IMG/VR virus record: IMGVR_UViG_3300045988_178640
Direction: 5' to 3' (one strand)
Length of the DNA stretch: 64,000 bases
Origin: a virus
Shown here: in pieces, positions 1 through 9,339 of the stretch
Layout of the letters: every line of letters begins with the position of its first letter
How positions within the stretch are numbered: the first letter of the stretch is position 1
Notes under the pieces: model-generated
The model's database searches: none
Told to the model about the DNA's origin: nothing
Seen by the model: only the letters and a program-made list of their open reading frames with translations
Translations under genes and position numbers: made by a program

Positions 1-236
1 CCAGCAACAGCGAAATTGGCAACAGTGAAGAAAACGTGGAGTGCATGACAGAGGGAAACCCCATGGAAATTGCCTTTAACGGGCGTTTTCTGTTGGAATC
101 GTTGGGCTGTGCTGACAGCGAGAACGTTATGATGAAAATGACGACGGAAGTGTCCCCTGCCATACTGATGGCCGCCGACGGTGGAGATTGGCTGCATGTG
201 GTGCTTCCCGTTCGAGTTGTGGGGGCTGCAAATTGA
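1..236 (+). CDS. dnaN: DNA polymerase III beta sliding clamp, C-terminal fragment (5' end outside window)
   Basis: NPMEIAFNGRFLLESL...SPAILM...WLHVVLPVRV matches the typical DnaN domain III C-terminus (ISFNxxYLLDAL...LILPVR). Confidence 0.8.
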   Translation, partial: SNSEIGNSEENVECMTEGNPMEIAFNGRFLLESLGCADSENVMMKMTTEVSPAILMAADGGDWLHVVLPVRVVGAAN

Positions 237-1624
237 CATATGAGGAATTTTTACAGAAGAAAAACGTATCCGTTAAGCCGTGCGGGTTTGAGAGCCTGGA
301 AGTAAACCCGAAACTGTTTGGCTGGCAGACGGATATTGTACACTGGGCTTTGCGCAAGGGCAAAGCGGCTATATTTGCGGATTGCGGTACCGGGAAAACG
401 GCCTGCCAGCTTCAATGGGCCAAGGAAGTTTCCGAGCATGAAGGAAAGCCCGTTCTGGTTCTTGCGCCGCTTGCTGTAGCCCAGCAGACGAAACGGGAGG
501 GTATCAAGTTCGGCATTCCCGTTACTGTATGCAGGACGCAGGATGATGTTCGGCCCGGCATTAACGTGACCAACTATGAGATGATCGGCCATTTCGACGT
601 TTCACAATTTTGCGGTGTGGTGCTGGATGAAAGCAGCTGCATTAAGCACAAGGACAGCAAGACGCGGAACCAGTTGCAGGAACTTTTCAGGGGCACGCAT
701 TACAAACTGTGCTGCACGGCTACGCCTGCGCCTAACGACTACATGGAACTGGGAACACACAGCGAGTTTTTGGGCGTGATGAAGCAGACGGAAATGCTGG
801 CGACGTACTTTGTGCACGACGGCGGTGAAACCCAGAAATGGCGGCTTAAGGGGCATGCGAAGGAACACTTCTTTGCATGGGTTGCTTCATGGGCATGCTG
901 CCTGAACAGCCCCAAGGACATCGGGGCTTCCGGCGAAGGATTTGACCTTCCACCCCTGCGAATGCACGAAATTCGCGTGGAAGCGGACAACATGGAAAAA
1001 GACGGGCAGATGATGTTTGTTTGCCCAGAATGCCAAACGCTGAACGAACGCAGGGATGCAAGGCGAAAAAGCCTTGTGCAGCGTGTGGAAGCGGCGGCGA
1101 AAATTGCGAATAGCACAGAAGAACAGGTACTTGTGTGGTGCGACTTAAACGCAGAAAGCGAAGCACTGACAAAAACCATAAATGGAGCGGTGGAAGTGAA
1201 AGGATCCATGAGTATAGAGGAAAAGGAAGCAGGAATGCTTGCCTTTACAGAAGGAACGGCGCGTTGCCTGGTAAGCAAAGCCTCCATTGCGGGGTTTGGA
1301 TGCAACTGGCAGCATTGCCACAAGGAAATTTTTGTGGGACTGAGCGACAGCTTTGAGTCCTTTTACCAAGCCGTAAGGCGGTGCTGGCGATTCGGTCAGA
1401 CAAAGCCCGTGGATGTGTACATCATCATCAGCGACGGCGAGGGCACTGTACGAGAGAACATTGAGCGAAAACAGCGTGACGCGGAAGCCATGATGCAATC
1501 GCTTGTGAAATATACGAAAGAGACGCTGAAAGCCGATATGGGCAAGACACAGCGCATGACAGATGAATATAAAGCTGAAGTTGACATGGAGATTCCCGCA
1601 TGGCTTGCGGGAAAAGGAGCGTAA
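188..1624 (+). CDS. SNF2/DEAD-like helicase
   Basis: Walker A ADCGTGKT, DExx box VLDESS, C-terminal helicase lobe. Start uncertain: a TTG at 233 just after the dnaN stop is an alternative. Confidence 0.8.
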   Translation: MAACGASRSSCGGCKLTYEEFLQKKNVSVKPCGFESLEVNPKLFGWQTDIVHWALRKGKAAIFADCGTGKTACQLQWAKEVSEHEGKPVLVLAPLAVAQQTKREGIKFGIPVTVCRTQDDVRPGINVTNYEMIGHFDVSQFCGVVLDESSCIKHKDSKTRNQLQELFRGTHYKLCCTATPAPNDYMELGTHSEFLGVMKQTEMLATYFVHDGGETQKWRLKGHAKEHFFAWVASWACCLNSPKDIGASGEGFDLPPLRMHEIRVEADNMEKDGQMMFVCPECQTLNERRDARRKSLVQRVEAAAKIANSTEEQVLVWCDLNAESEALTKTINGAVEVKGSMSIEEKEAGMLAFTEGTARCLVSKASIAGFGCNWQHCHKEIFVGLSDSFESFYQAVRRCWRFGQTKPVDVYIIISDGEGTVRENIERKQRDAEAMMQSLVKYTKETLKADMGKTQRMTDEYKAEVDMEIPAWLAGKGA

Positions 1625-1628
1625 GTAA

Positions 1629-2522
1629 ATGGTAGAGGTTAAGAATAAGGCCATTACGGACAAGTATTCCCTGTATAACGGTGACAGTTGCGAGATACTG
1701 CCTACTCTTCCGGAAGATTCGGTACACTACATCATCTATTCCCCACCTTTTAGCTCGCTGTACACCTACAGCAACAGCGACCGGGATTTGGGAAACTGCC
1801 GGAATGACGAGGAATTTTTTGAACACTTTGCGTTTATCGCACGAGAATTGTATCGGGTATTGAAACCTGGGCGGCTGATGAGCTTTCATTGCATGAACCT
1901 GCCGACCAGCAAGGAAAGAGACGGGTTCATTGGCATCCGGGATTTCCGTGGTGCGCTGATTCGGTTCTTTGAAAAAATGGGGTTCATCTTTCATTCGGAA
2001 GTGTGCATCTGGAAAGACCCGGTAACGGCAATGCAGAGGACAAAAGCATTGGGTCTTTTGTACAAGCAACTGAAAAAGGACAGTTCCATGAGCCGACAGG
2101 GAATACCGGATTACCTGGTGACAATGCGGAAACCCGGCGAGAACACGGAACGGGTAACGCATACGGAAGCGGACTTTCCATGCGCTATGTGGCAGAAATA
2201 CGCAAGCCCTGTCTGGATGGACATTAACCCTTCCGACACACTGCAATACCGGGGTGCCCGTGAGAATGAAGATGAGAGGCACATCTGCCCCCTACAATTG
2301 CAGGTGATCGAGCGTGGGATTGAGCTTTGGACAAGCCCCGGCGACATCGTGCTTACGCCGTTCATGGGCATTGGAAGCGAAGCCTATGTGGCGTTGAAGA
2401 TGGGACGAAAGGCCATAGGAATTGAACTGAAAGAAAGCTACTACAACCAGGCTGTGAAGAACTGCGAAAGCGTTGTAAACGACGGGCAGATGAGCCTGGA
2501 AGATTTGCTGGGCGGTGAGTGA
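1629..2522 (+). CDS. Beta-class N4-C/N6-A DNA methyltransferase
   Basis: Motif IV IIYSPPF is near the N-terminus and the SAM motif TPFMGIGSE near the C-terminus, which is the beta-class order. SPPF leans towards m4C but m6A is not excluded. Confidence 0.85.
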   Translation: MVEVKNKAITDKYSLYNGDSCEILPTLPEDSVHYIIYSPPFSSLYTYSNSDRDLGNCRNDEEFFEHFAFIARELYRVLKPGRLMSFHCMNLPTSKERDGFIGIRDFRGALIRFFEKMGFIFHSEVCIWKDPVTAMQRTKALGLLYKQLKKDSSMSRQGIPDYLVTMRKPGENTERVTHTEADFPCAMWQKYASPVWMDINPSDTLQYRGARENEDERHICPLQLQVIERGIELWTSPGDIVLTPFMGIGSEAYVALKMGRKAIGIELKESYYNQAVKNCESVVNDGQMSLEDLLGGE

Positions 2523-4255
2523 CCATGAAGCATCTTGGGAACATCAGAAAAATCAACGTGGACAATGTGGAATCTGTGGACTGCGTTATTGGCGGAAGCC
2601 CTTGTCAGGACTTGTCCATCGCCGGGAAACGCGCCGGACTTGACGGTGAACGAAGCGGACTGTTTATGGAGCAAATACGGATATGCAGGGAGATGAGAGA
2701 AAGTGACAAAGCGAGAGGAAAAACAGGTATCGATGTTCGACCTAGATTCTGCGTTTGGGAGAACGTGCCAGGGGCCTTGTCCAGCCACAGCGGAGAAGAT
2801 TTCAGAATCGTGCTTGAAGAATTTTGCAAAGTTGCCGACCCAAGCGCTCATGTACATGAACCTGCAAACGGGAAATGGAAATCTGCTGGGTGCATCGTGG
2901 GAAACGGTTACAGCGTTGCCTGGCGAATCATGGACGCCCGTTACTACGGAGTGCCCCAGCGCCGTCGTAGAATCTCGCTTGTCGCAGATTTTGCAGGTGG
3001 ATGCGCCCCCCAGATTTTATTTGACGAGCAAGGCATGCGCTGGAATCTTGAGACGAGCCGAAAAGCGTGGGAAAGCATTACCAGCCATGCTACAGGAAGC
3101 GTTGGAGGAAGCTGTGGCATTGGGGTAATCCTGAACGATCAGGGCGGAAATCGAATGAATGTATCCGAGACTGTGGCAAGCACACTTCGGGCACAGGAAC
3201 ATGGGCACCCTCCGGTCATTGTACAGGATGCTACTGATGTAAAATGCCTGAACCCGTGGGATTTCCAGAGTAAACGTCTATTTGACGCAAATGGAATTTA
3301 CCATAGTTTGTATGCGGGTGAAAACGGCGGCGGCAAGGGCTACCGGGAGGACGTGTGCTACACGCTGAACACCATCGACCGCCCGGCAATCTGCTTCAAG
3401 ACCGAACATGGCGCAAAGGTACGGTCATCTGCCGCACCCGAAACGGTTACTCCAACGATGGAAAGCGAACCAAGTCGGAAAACTGTGCCGGAGCTTGTTT
3501 ACTCCATTGAGGGTAGCGCTGTTGACAGGGAAAAGGCACAGAATGGAAAAGGCTTTTCGGAAGACGTTTCCCCCACACTGAATGTACAGGACAAGCATGC
3601 TGTTTGCTATGACGCAAGAGGCAATGGGGACGGCAAAACCGTATGCACGATTACGGGTGACCATTGCGACAGAATCACCGACTATACGCCGCTGGTTCTT
3701 GCGACAGACCAAGGTGGGGTAGAAATTGGAAAAGATGAAAGTTCGTGTCTCATGGCAGGGCATGAAAGACCGATTGTAACGGCGGTAGATTGTATTATGG
3801 CGAAACCACCACGGAAATACATTATTCGCCGTCTAACCCCCTTGGAATGTAGCCGCTTACAGGGCTTGCCTGATGACCATGCAAACGTTCCATTGCAACA
3901 AACCGTAACAGATAGCGAATTGGACTTTTGGCGTGAAGTGTGGGTTGAATGGGCTGAAATAAACGGGAAGAAGCCCAAGACGGACAAGCAGATTCAAAAA
4001 CGGCTACAATCCCCCATTTCGGAAAGCAACCAGTACCAGATTTACGGGAACGGTATCGCCCTTCCGCAGTGGGTATGGGTGCTGGGACGCATTTGCGAAG
4101 TGCTAGGGAAAGAGCGGCCAACGATGGCAAGTTTGTTCGACGGTTCCGGCAGTTTTCCGCTGATATGGGAAGCCATTAACGGGAAGGGCACGGCGCTATG
4201 GTCCAGCGAGGTAAACCCGGATGCAATCAGAGTGAGCAAGTACCGAATTGGATAG
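2519..4255 (+). CDS. dcm: DNA (cytosine-5) methyltransferase, circularly permuted, with very large TRD
   Basis: Motif order is IV GGSPCQDLS, VI WENVPG, VIII GVPQRRRRISLV, ~300-aa TRD, IX RRLTPLECSRLQGLPD, X YGNGIALP, then I/II SLFDGSGSFPL...SSEVNPDAIRV at the extreme C-terminus. Confidence 0.9.
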   Translation: MTMKHLGNIRKINVDNVESVDCVIGGSPCQDLSIAGKRAGLDGERSGLFMEQIRICREMRESDKARGKTGIDVRPRFCVWENVPGALSSHSGEDFRIVLEEFCKVADPSAHVHEPANGKWKSAGCIVGNGYSVAWRIMDARYYGVPQRRRRISLVADFAGGCAPQILFDEQGMRWNLETSRKAWESITSHATGSVGGSCGIGVILNDQGGNRMNVSETVASTLRAQEHGHPPVIVQDATDVKCLNPWDFQSKRLFDANGIYHSLYAGENGGGKGYREDVCYTLNTIDRPAICFKTEHGAKVRSSAAPETVTPTMESEPSRKTVPELVYSIEGSAVDREKAQNGKGFSEDVSPTLNVQDKHAVCYDARGNGDGKTVCTITGDHCDRITDYTPLVLATDQGGVEIGKDESSCLMAGHERPIVTAVDCIMAKPPRKYIIRRLTPLECSRLQGLPDDHANVPLQQTVTDSELDFWREVWVEWAEINGKKPKTDKQIQKRLQSPISESNQYQIYGNGIALPQWVWVLGRICEVLGKERPTMASLFDGSGSFPLIWEAINGKGTALWSSEVNPDAIRVSKYRIG

Positions 4256-4265
4256 GAGAAGAAAC

Positions 4266-4547
4266 ATGGACGGATATGGTCTTTTAGCGACTGCCATTGT
4301 GCAGCAGGCGGTTGACGAGTTTAACATTCTGATACGCAGGGTGCCCAAAAGGGCGCTCTGCCTTGAGGAAGTTTGCAGACGTAAAAGCAAGTTAAATAAG
4401 CTGATTCGTTTTTTCAAAAGCCCATGGTGCGGTGCGCTGCTGACGAAAAATGTGAACCAGGAAGCGTTGGTGCAAGGTCTGCTAAGAAAGTACTGCAACA
4501 GCAAGTTTGCCATGCAGGCAAAAGAACTGGAAAGCGATAAGGAATAA
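4266..4547 (+). CDS. hypothetical phage protein
   Basis: ORF with GGAGAAG SD 5 nt upstream of ATG 4266. No recognisable motif. Confidence 0.5.
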   Translation: MDGYGLLATAIVQQAVDEFNILIRRVPKRALCLEEVCRRKSKLNKLIRFFKSPWCGALLTKNVNQEALVQGLLRKYCNSKFAMQAKELESDKE

Positions 4548-4559
4548 GGAGGTAAAAAG

Positions 4560-5324
4560 TTGAGAGAGCTGGTTTTGGAGAGCAGCATTGAAATTTTCAG
4601 CAATGAGGCGTTTGGAAGCATTCGTATCGTCATGAAGGATGGGAAGCCACTGTTCTGCGGAAAAGATGTAGCGGAAGCACTTGGGTATAAACGTACAGCA
4701 GATGCTATTGCAACCCATTGCAAAGGGGTCTGTGAATTGCCGACCCCTACGTCAGGCGGCATACAAAAGATGAAGTACATTCCAGAAGGGGATTTATACC
4801 GGCTGGTTGCCCATAGCGAGCTTCCTTCTGCGGAAAAATTCGAGTCTTGGATATTTGACGAAGTACTCCCTTGCATTAGAAAGACAGGCGGCTATGTATC
4901 TAACGATGACTTGTTTATTGAAACCTACTTTTCCACCGTAGATGAAAGCACTAAAGCAGTCTTGCGAACGACTTTATCAACCGTGCGAGAGCAGAATAAG
5001 CGTATAGCCGAGATGAAACCCAAAGAGGACTACTACAACGCTCTGGTAGACCGTGGAACGAATCTATCATTCCGAAACACGGCAAAGGAAATTGGCGCGC
5101 CGGAAAAACGCTTTGTTCGATTTTTACTGGAAAACGGATATGTATACCGAAACAAGAACAGCCAATTGGAGCCATATGCAGAGCATGTAAAAAACGGTTT
5201 GTTCGTGATGAAGGAAAGCAAGAGTGAAAAGACAAAGTGGTCCGGTTCCCAAACGCTGATTACGGTGCAGGGACGGGACAAATTGCGCAAGGAGTACTGG
5301 GAACGGGGCGATAAGCCATGCTGA
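4560..5324 (+). CDS. Bro-N / KilAC-type antirepressor
   Basis: Bro-N signature FGSIRIVMKDGKPLFCGKDVAEALGY...HC...GDLYRLV..S.LP.AEKFESWIFDEVLP. TTG start with AGGAGG SD. Confidence 0.8.
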   Translation: MRELVLESSIEIFSNEAFGSIRIVMKDGKPLFCGKDVAEALGYKRTADAIATHCKGVCELPTPTSGGIQKMKYIPEGDLYRLVAHSELPSAEKFESWIFDEVLPCIRKTGGYVSNDDLFIETYFSTVDESTKAVLRTTLSTVREQNKRIAEMKPKEDYYNALVDRGTNLSFRNTAKEIGAPEKRFVRFLLENGYVYRNKNSQLEPYAEHVKNGLFVMKESKSEKTKWSGSQTLITVQGRDKLRKEYWERGDKPC

Positions 5325-5962
5325 TTCGCGAACATTACGAAAACCGAGAGGAATGGCTTGCGCACAGAATGCGGATAGGCGGGTCGGAAATAGCGGCGGT
5401 AATAGGCCAAAGCCCTTTTATGAGCAATGTGGAGCTTTGGGAACTGAAAACTGGAAAACGCAAGCCCAAAGACCTGAGCGGAAACGAAAATGTGAAGTAC
5501 GGAGTCAGGCTTGAAGGGGCGCTACGTGGCCTATTTCAGGCCGAGCATCCGGAAATGCAAGTGGAGTATTACCCCTACGACATTTTGTACCAGGATGATA
5601 TACCATACATTGGCTGCACGTTGGACGGCGAACTGACCGAAACGGCTACTGGGAAAAAAGGCATTCTTGAAATCAAGACGTCGCAAATGGTGAGCAAGGT
5701 TGCCGGGCTGAAATGGGACGGGCAAGTTCCAATGAATTACTACTGCCAATGCTTGGCGCAGCTTATCGCAACGGGATGGGACTTTGTGTGCCTGTATGCC
5801 CAGTTAAAGAGGCTGGATGGGGACAGTGCTATTCGCCTTTACCGATTTGATAGAGAGGATTGTCAAGCCGATATGGGCTGGATAAAGAGCAAAGCGGAGC
5901 GGTTTTGGCACGACAATATTATAGGCGGGAAGAAACCCGCAACGATACTGCCTGGATTGTGA
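5318..5962 (+). CDS. YqaJ-like (lambda Exo-type) recombination exonuclease
   Basis: N-terminal EEWLAHRMRIGGSEIAAVIGQSPFMSNVELWELKTG. Lies in the RecT neighbourhood. Confidence 0.8.
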   Translation: MLIREHYENREEWLAHRMRIGGSEIAAVIGQSPFMSNVELWELKTGKRKPKDLSGNENVKYGVRLEGALRGLFQAEHPEMQVEYYPYDILYQDDIPYIGCTLDGELTETATGKKGILEIKTSQMVSKVAGLKWDGQVPMNYYCQCLAQLIATGWDFVCLYAQLKRLDGDSAIRLYRFDREDCQADMGWIKSKAERFWHDNIIGGKKPATILPGL

Positions 5963-5971
5963 GACGAAGAT

Positions 5972-6184
5972 ATGGACAGAGTTAAGGAATGCATAGAAGC
6001 GCAAAAAAAATTTTGTGAGCAGCACGCCGTTCCAAATTTCTCAAAAGCATATACTGGTAACAGCGGGGTGTGCCCGTTTTGCATGATGGGCATTTACAGC
6101 GAACGCGGAGGATACAGCGTAGGGAACGCAACATCCAACCTGATAACCTGTTGCCCCTTCTGCCATCAGAGTTTTGTGGAATAA
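5972..6184 (+). CDS. small Cys-rich (zinc-ribbon-like) protein
   Basis: CPFC...CCPFC pairs in 70 aa. Confidence 0.45.
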   Translation: MDRVKECIEAQKKFCEQHAVPNFSKAYTGNSGVCPFCMMGIYSERGGYSVGNATSNLITCCPFCHQSFVE

Positions 6185-6195
6185 GGAGGAATTGA

Positions 6196-6528
6196 ATGGA
6201 CGAGTTTAGTTTGGTAAACAAAGAACAGCGCTGCAATGAGATTCAAGTGTTTACGAGTGAGTTATTCGGAAACATCCGAATCATCATGGAGGATGGGAAG
6301 CCGCTGTTCTGCGGGTCTGATGTCGCAAAAGCACTGGGGTACATCAATGCACCGGATGCGCTTACGCGCCATTGCAGGTATATCGTGAAACACGATACAC
6401 CTACCGCGCAAGGGAATGTATCAAGCATGCGGGCCTTGGCTACACGGAGAACAAGCAAAACGTGCTTGAAAGCGGCAGGATTGTATACGACCGCCGCTGG
6501 ACGAACTATGGACGGGCTTTCATTCTAA
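6196..6528 (+). CDS. Bro-N domain protein, C-terminal part apparently degenerate
   Basis: FGNIRIIMEDGKPLFCGSDVAKALGY...RHC is intact. The expected E.GLY.LI segment is split between two frames around 6470-6500. Confidence 0.55.
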   Translation: MDEFSLVNKEQRCNEIQVFTSELFGNIRIIMEDGKPLFCGSDVAKALGYINAPDALTRHCRYIVKHDTPTAQGNVSSMRALATRRTSKTCLKAAGLYTTAAGRTMDGLSF

Positions 6529-6543
6529 AATTATGGGAGGAAA

Positions 6544-7419
6544 ATGGCAATGGAATTTCGGATGATGACTGACCTGAGCACGGCGCTTAAGCCCCAAGAG
6601 ATTCCCTTTAACTACGAGGAACTAAAGACGGCCCTTGCTGAAAAGCTGGAAAAGTACAAGGGCCTTCTGGTAACGGAGGACGGCATTGCGGAAGCCAAGA
6701 AGGACAGAGCCATGCTGCGAAAGGTGCGGGATGCGCTGAACGCTGAAAAGGTATCTGTGAAGAAGCAATGGCTGACGCCGTACACCGACTTTGAAAACAA
6801 AGTAAAAGAACTGATGGAAATGTGCGACGCACCCGCCCGAGAAATTGACGAGCAGATTAAAAACTTTGAAAACTGCAAAAAACAAGAGAAAAAAGAAGCA
6901 TTGCAGAGTTTCTTTAATGAAAGCATTGGAGAAGCATCCGAATATGTAAACTTTGAACTGATATTTGACCCTAAATGGCTGAACGCGACGGTACAGATGG
7001 AAATCGCACAGGAACAGATTGCGGAAATCTGTGGTCGCTACAAGGAAGATACAGCCGCTTTAACGGGCATGTGCAATGATGTGGAACCTTCCGTGGCTGC
7101 GGCCATGAAACGAGCATACAGGGCCACCAGAAGCCTGTCTAACGCCATTAGCGTAAAACAGGAAATCGAGCGGGAAACGGAACTGGCGCGGAAGCGGAAG
7201 GAAGCGGAAGAAACCCGAAAAGCGCAGGAGGAACAAAAGAAAGCCGAGACCAGCTTTGCTGTGCCCGAAAACGACCATGATTGTGAACAAAAGCGGGAAG
7301 CGGCAGAAGAAAACGGCGCCATGGTTGAGGTTTGCTTTCGTGTACGATGCACAAAAGAGCAGTTGAACGGGCTGAAAAATTACATCATCTCCAACGGCAT
7401 CTGGTATGGACGAGTTTAA
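6544..7419 (+). CDS. DUF1351-like phage protein (RecT-associated)
   Basis: N-terminal IPFNYEELKTALAEKLEKYKGLLVTEDGIAEAKKDRAMLRK pattern, located immediately upstream of recT. Confidence 0.65.
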   Translation: MAMEFRMMTDLSTALKPQEIPFNYEELKTALAEKLEKYKGLLVTEDGIAEAKKDRAMLRKVRDALNAEKVSVKKQWLTPYTDFENKVKELMEMCDAPAREIDEQIKNFENCKKQEKKEALQSFFNESIGEASEYVNFELIFDPKWLNATVQMEIAQEQIAEICGRYKEDTAALTGMCNDVEPSVAAAMKRAYRATRSLSNAISVKQEIERETELARKRKEAEETRKAQEEQKKAETSFAVPENDHDCEQKREAAEENGAMVEVCFRVRCTKEQLNGLKNYIISNGIWYGRV

Positions 7420-7437
7420 GAAAGGCGGTAATGAACA

Positions 7438-8346
7438 ATGGCAGTAGCAAAGAACAGTTTGGTAGCAAGTGGGAACACCGGAAAGAATCCTCCCCTGTCT
7501 GTTGCACTTACCAGCAACGGAATGCAGCGGATGATTGGCGCCAGCTTTAACGGGGACAAGCGGGCCATGACAAAGTTTACAAGCAACCTGATGTCTGTAT
7601 ATACGGCAAACCCACTTTTGAAAGCGTGTGAGCCAGTAAGCATTGTGGCGGCCGGGTTGCAGTGTGCGGCGCTGAACCTGTCTACATCCCCCGCTTTGGG
7701 TGAAGCGTGGATTATTCCATACGGAGATAAGGCCACGTTCCAGATCGGCAAGAACGGGTTGGTGCAGCTGGCGATTCGCAGTGGGCAGTATCTGGACATT
7801 GACACCATCGAGATTCGCGAGGGTGAATACAAAGGCCGGGACAAGAACACGGGCAAGCCGAAGTTTGAGTTTGTTGAGGACGAAGAACAGCGCGAGAAGC
7901 TGCCCGTTATCGGTTACCTTGCCTACTTCGAACTGCTGAACGGCTTTAAAAAGAGCGTGTATTTCAGCAAGGAAAAGATGCTGGGATGGGCCTTGCGGTA
8001 CAGCCAGGCGTTTGACGCGGAACTGTTCCAGAAGTATCAGGTATACCTGGAAACGGGCGAAGGTATGACGGATGCGGAACTGCGCAAGTGTTCCTCCCCA
8101 TGGTACAACCGTTTTGACAGCATGGGAGAAAAGACGGTACTGAAACAGCTTTTGACCAAGTGGGGCATTAAGAGCACCGACCTTGAGACGGCCCTTGAAA
8201 ACGATGAAAAGGTTGGCGGGCCTGGCGGATTCAGCGATGCGTTTGAACTGCATGAAGATACGGTAGAAACGCCAACCCCTCATGCGGAAGAAAAACCGAA
8301 GCAGGAAGCTGCGGAAACGGATAGTTTCTTTGACCCGAAGGCTTGA
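7438..8346 (+). CDS. recT: RecT single-strand annealing protein
   Basis: NPLLKACEPVSIVAAGLQCAALNLS..ALGEAWIIPYGDKATFQIGKNGLVQLAIRSGQY is typical of RecT. Confidence 0.85.
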   Translation: MAVAKNSLVASGNTGKNPPLSVALTSNGMQRMIGASFNGDKRAMTKFTSNLMSVYTANPLLKACEPVSIVAAGLQCAALNLSTSPALGEAWIIPYGDKATFQIGKNGLVQLAIRSGQYLDIDTIEIREGEYKGRDKNTGKPKFEFVEDEEQREKLPVIGYLAYFELLNGFKKSVYFSKEKMLGWALRYSQAFDAELFQKYQVYLETGEGMTDAELRKCSSPWYNRFDSMGEKTVLKQLLTKWGIKSTDLETALENDEKVGGPGGFSDAFELHEDTVETPTPHAEEKPKQEAAETDSFFDPKA

Positions 8347-8403
8347 CGGGATGATTGCACAGGGAACCATTCGGGTTCCCTGTGCATATAAGGAGATGAA
8401 GCT

Positions 8404-8850
8404 ATGAGACTTTGGGGAAAACCGTTGATAGAAGAAAGCGGCTACCCGTGGATAGGCGTTGTTACACTGCTGAAAGAATCAAACAAGCGCACATTTTCCA
8501 ACGGGAAAGAGTGCTGGTCTGCGTTTGTTGAGTTTGAGAAAAAGCCCAAAAATGCTCCTAAAAACCTTGGAAACGTGGTTGGCATAACGACCGGTTTTGA
8601 CACTGAACTTGCAAAGAAACTGATAGCATGGCCGAAGGGAACCAGACTGCTCATCGCAGGGTCTATGAAATACAGCGATTATTGGACCAAACAAAACGGG
8701 CAGAAAACTTATCAGGTTGAAGTGGAATGGGTACATGACCAGCATGACTATGCAGCCGTTGAAAAAGCCGAGCAGGGTCATGCGGACGCTTACGAAAGCG
8801 GAGATTATGGCAATGATGACGCGGCTGTGGATTATGACGTTGACTTTTAA
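8404..8850 (+). CDS. divergent SSB-like OB-fold protein with acidic tail
   Basis: Sits after recT. C-terminus DDAAVDYDVDF resembles the SSB acidic tip. The core (TRLLIAGSMKYSDYWTKQNGQKTYQVEVEW) is OB-like. Confidence 0.5.
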   Translation: MRLWGKPLIEESGYPWIGVVTLLKESNKRTFSNGKECWSAFVEFEKKPKNAPKNLGNVVGITTGFDTELAKKLIAWPKGTRLLIAGSMKYSDYWTKQNGQKTYQVEVEWVHDQHDYAAVEKAEQGHADAYESGDYGNDDAAVDYDVDF

Positions 8851-8864
8851 AGGAGTGTAAAAGA

Positions 8865-9047
8865 ATGGCAAAGTTTGTTAGCAATTACGATGGCGGTTAT
8901 CCTCATGACGTATGTGATTACATGCTGTGGAAGATTCATGATGACCTGATGGAGCAATTGAACAGTGCCAATAATTGCGGTGCGACCTATGTGGACGCGT
9001 CCTTCATGATGAAGCTGTTTGAAATTCAGGAGGAAGAAGATGGCTAA
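8865..9047 (+). CDS. hypothetical small protein
   Basis: ORF only. Confidence 0.35.
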   Translation: MAKFVSNYDGGYPHDVCDYMLWKIHDDLMEQLNSANNCGATYVDASFMMKLFEIQEEEDG

Positions 9048-9339
9048 GAGCGCTATGGTGTACCTGAATACGGAACTGATGCAGATGAAGATTGCCCGCA
9101 ACGGAAAGTGCCTGTCCGTGCTGCTGCACATGGCGCTGTGTATGGAGGATGGGGAGTATACAGAGACTATACGGAACATCGCGGCAAAGTGCGGCCTAAC
9201 TGAAACTGATGTTCGGTACGCGCTGGAAAAGCTGTCTGCCGAGGACATTATTGATGTGGACTGGGGATCGTATGCGGTGCATGTCACGTTTAACCAGTAT
9301 TACGTGACGGAAGATGAGCCGGAAGAAGCGGAGGTGTGA
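9040..9339 (+). CDS. winged-helix-like small DNA-binding protein (replication module)
   Basis: AGGAGG SD 6 nt upstream of ATG 9040. IRNIAAKCGLTETDVRYALEKL is HTH-like. Confidence 0.45.
   Translation: MAKSAMVYLNTELMQMKIARNGKCLSVLLHMALCMEDGEYTETIRNIAAKCGLTETDVRYALEKLSAEDIIDVDWGSYAVHVTFNQYYVTEDEPEEAEV

Noticed and set aside
7060-8370. 436-aa minus-strand ORF
   Set aside because: It is antisense to DUF1351 and recT, which carry clear family motifs. Its own composition is Arg/Phe/Leu-rich junk.
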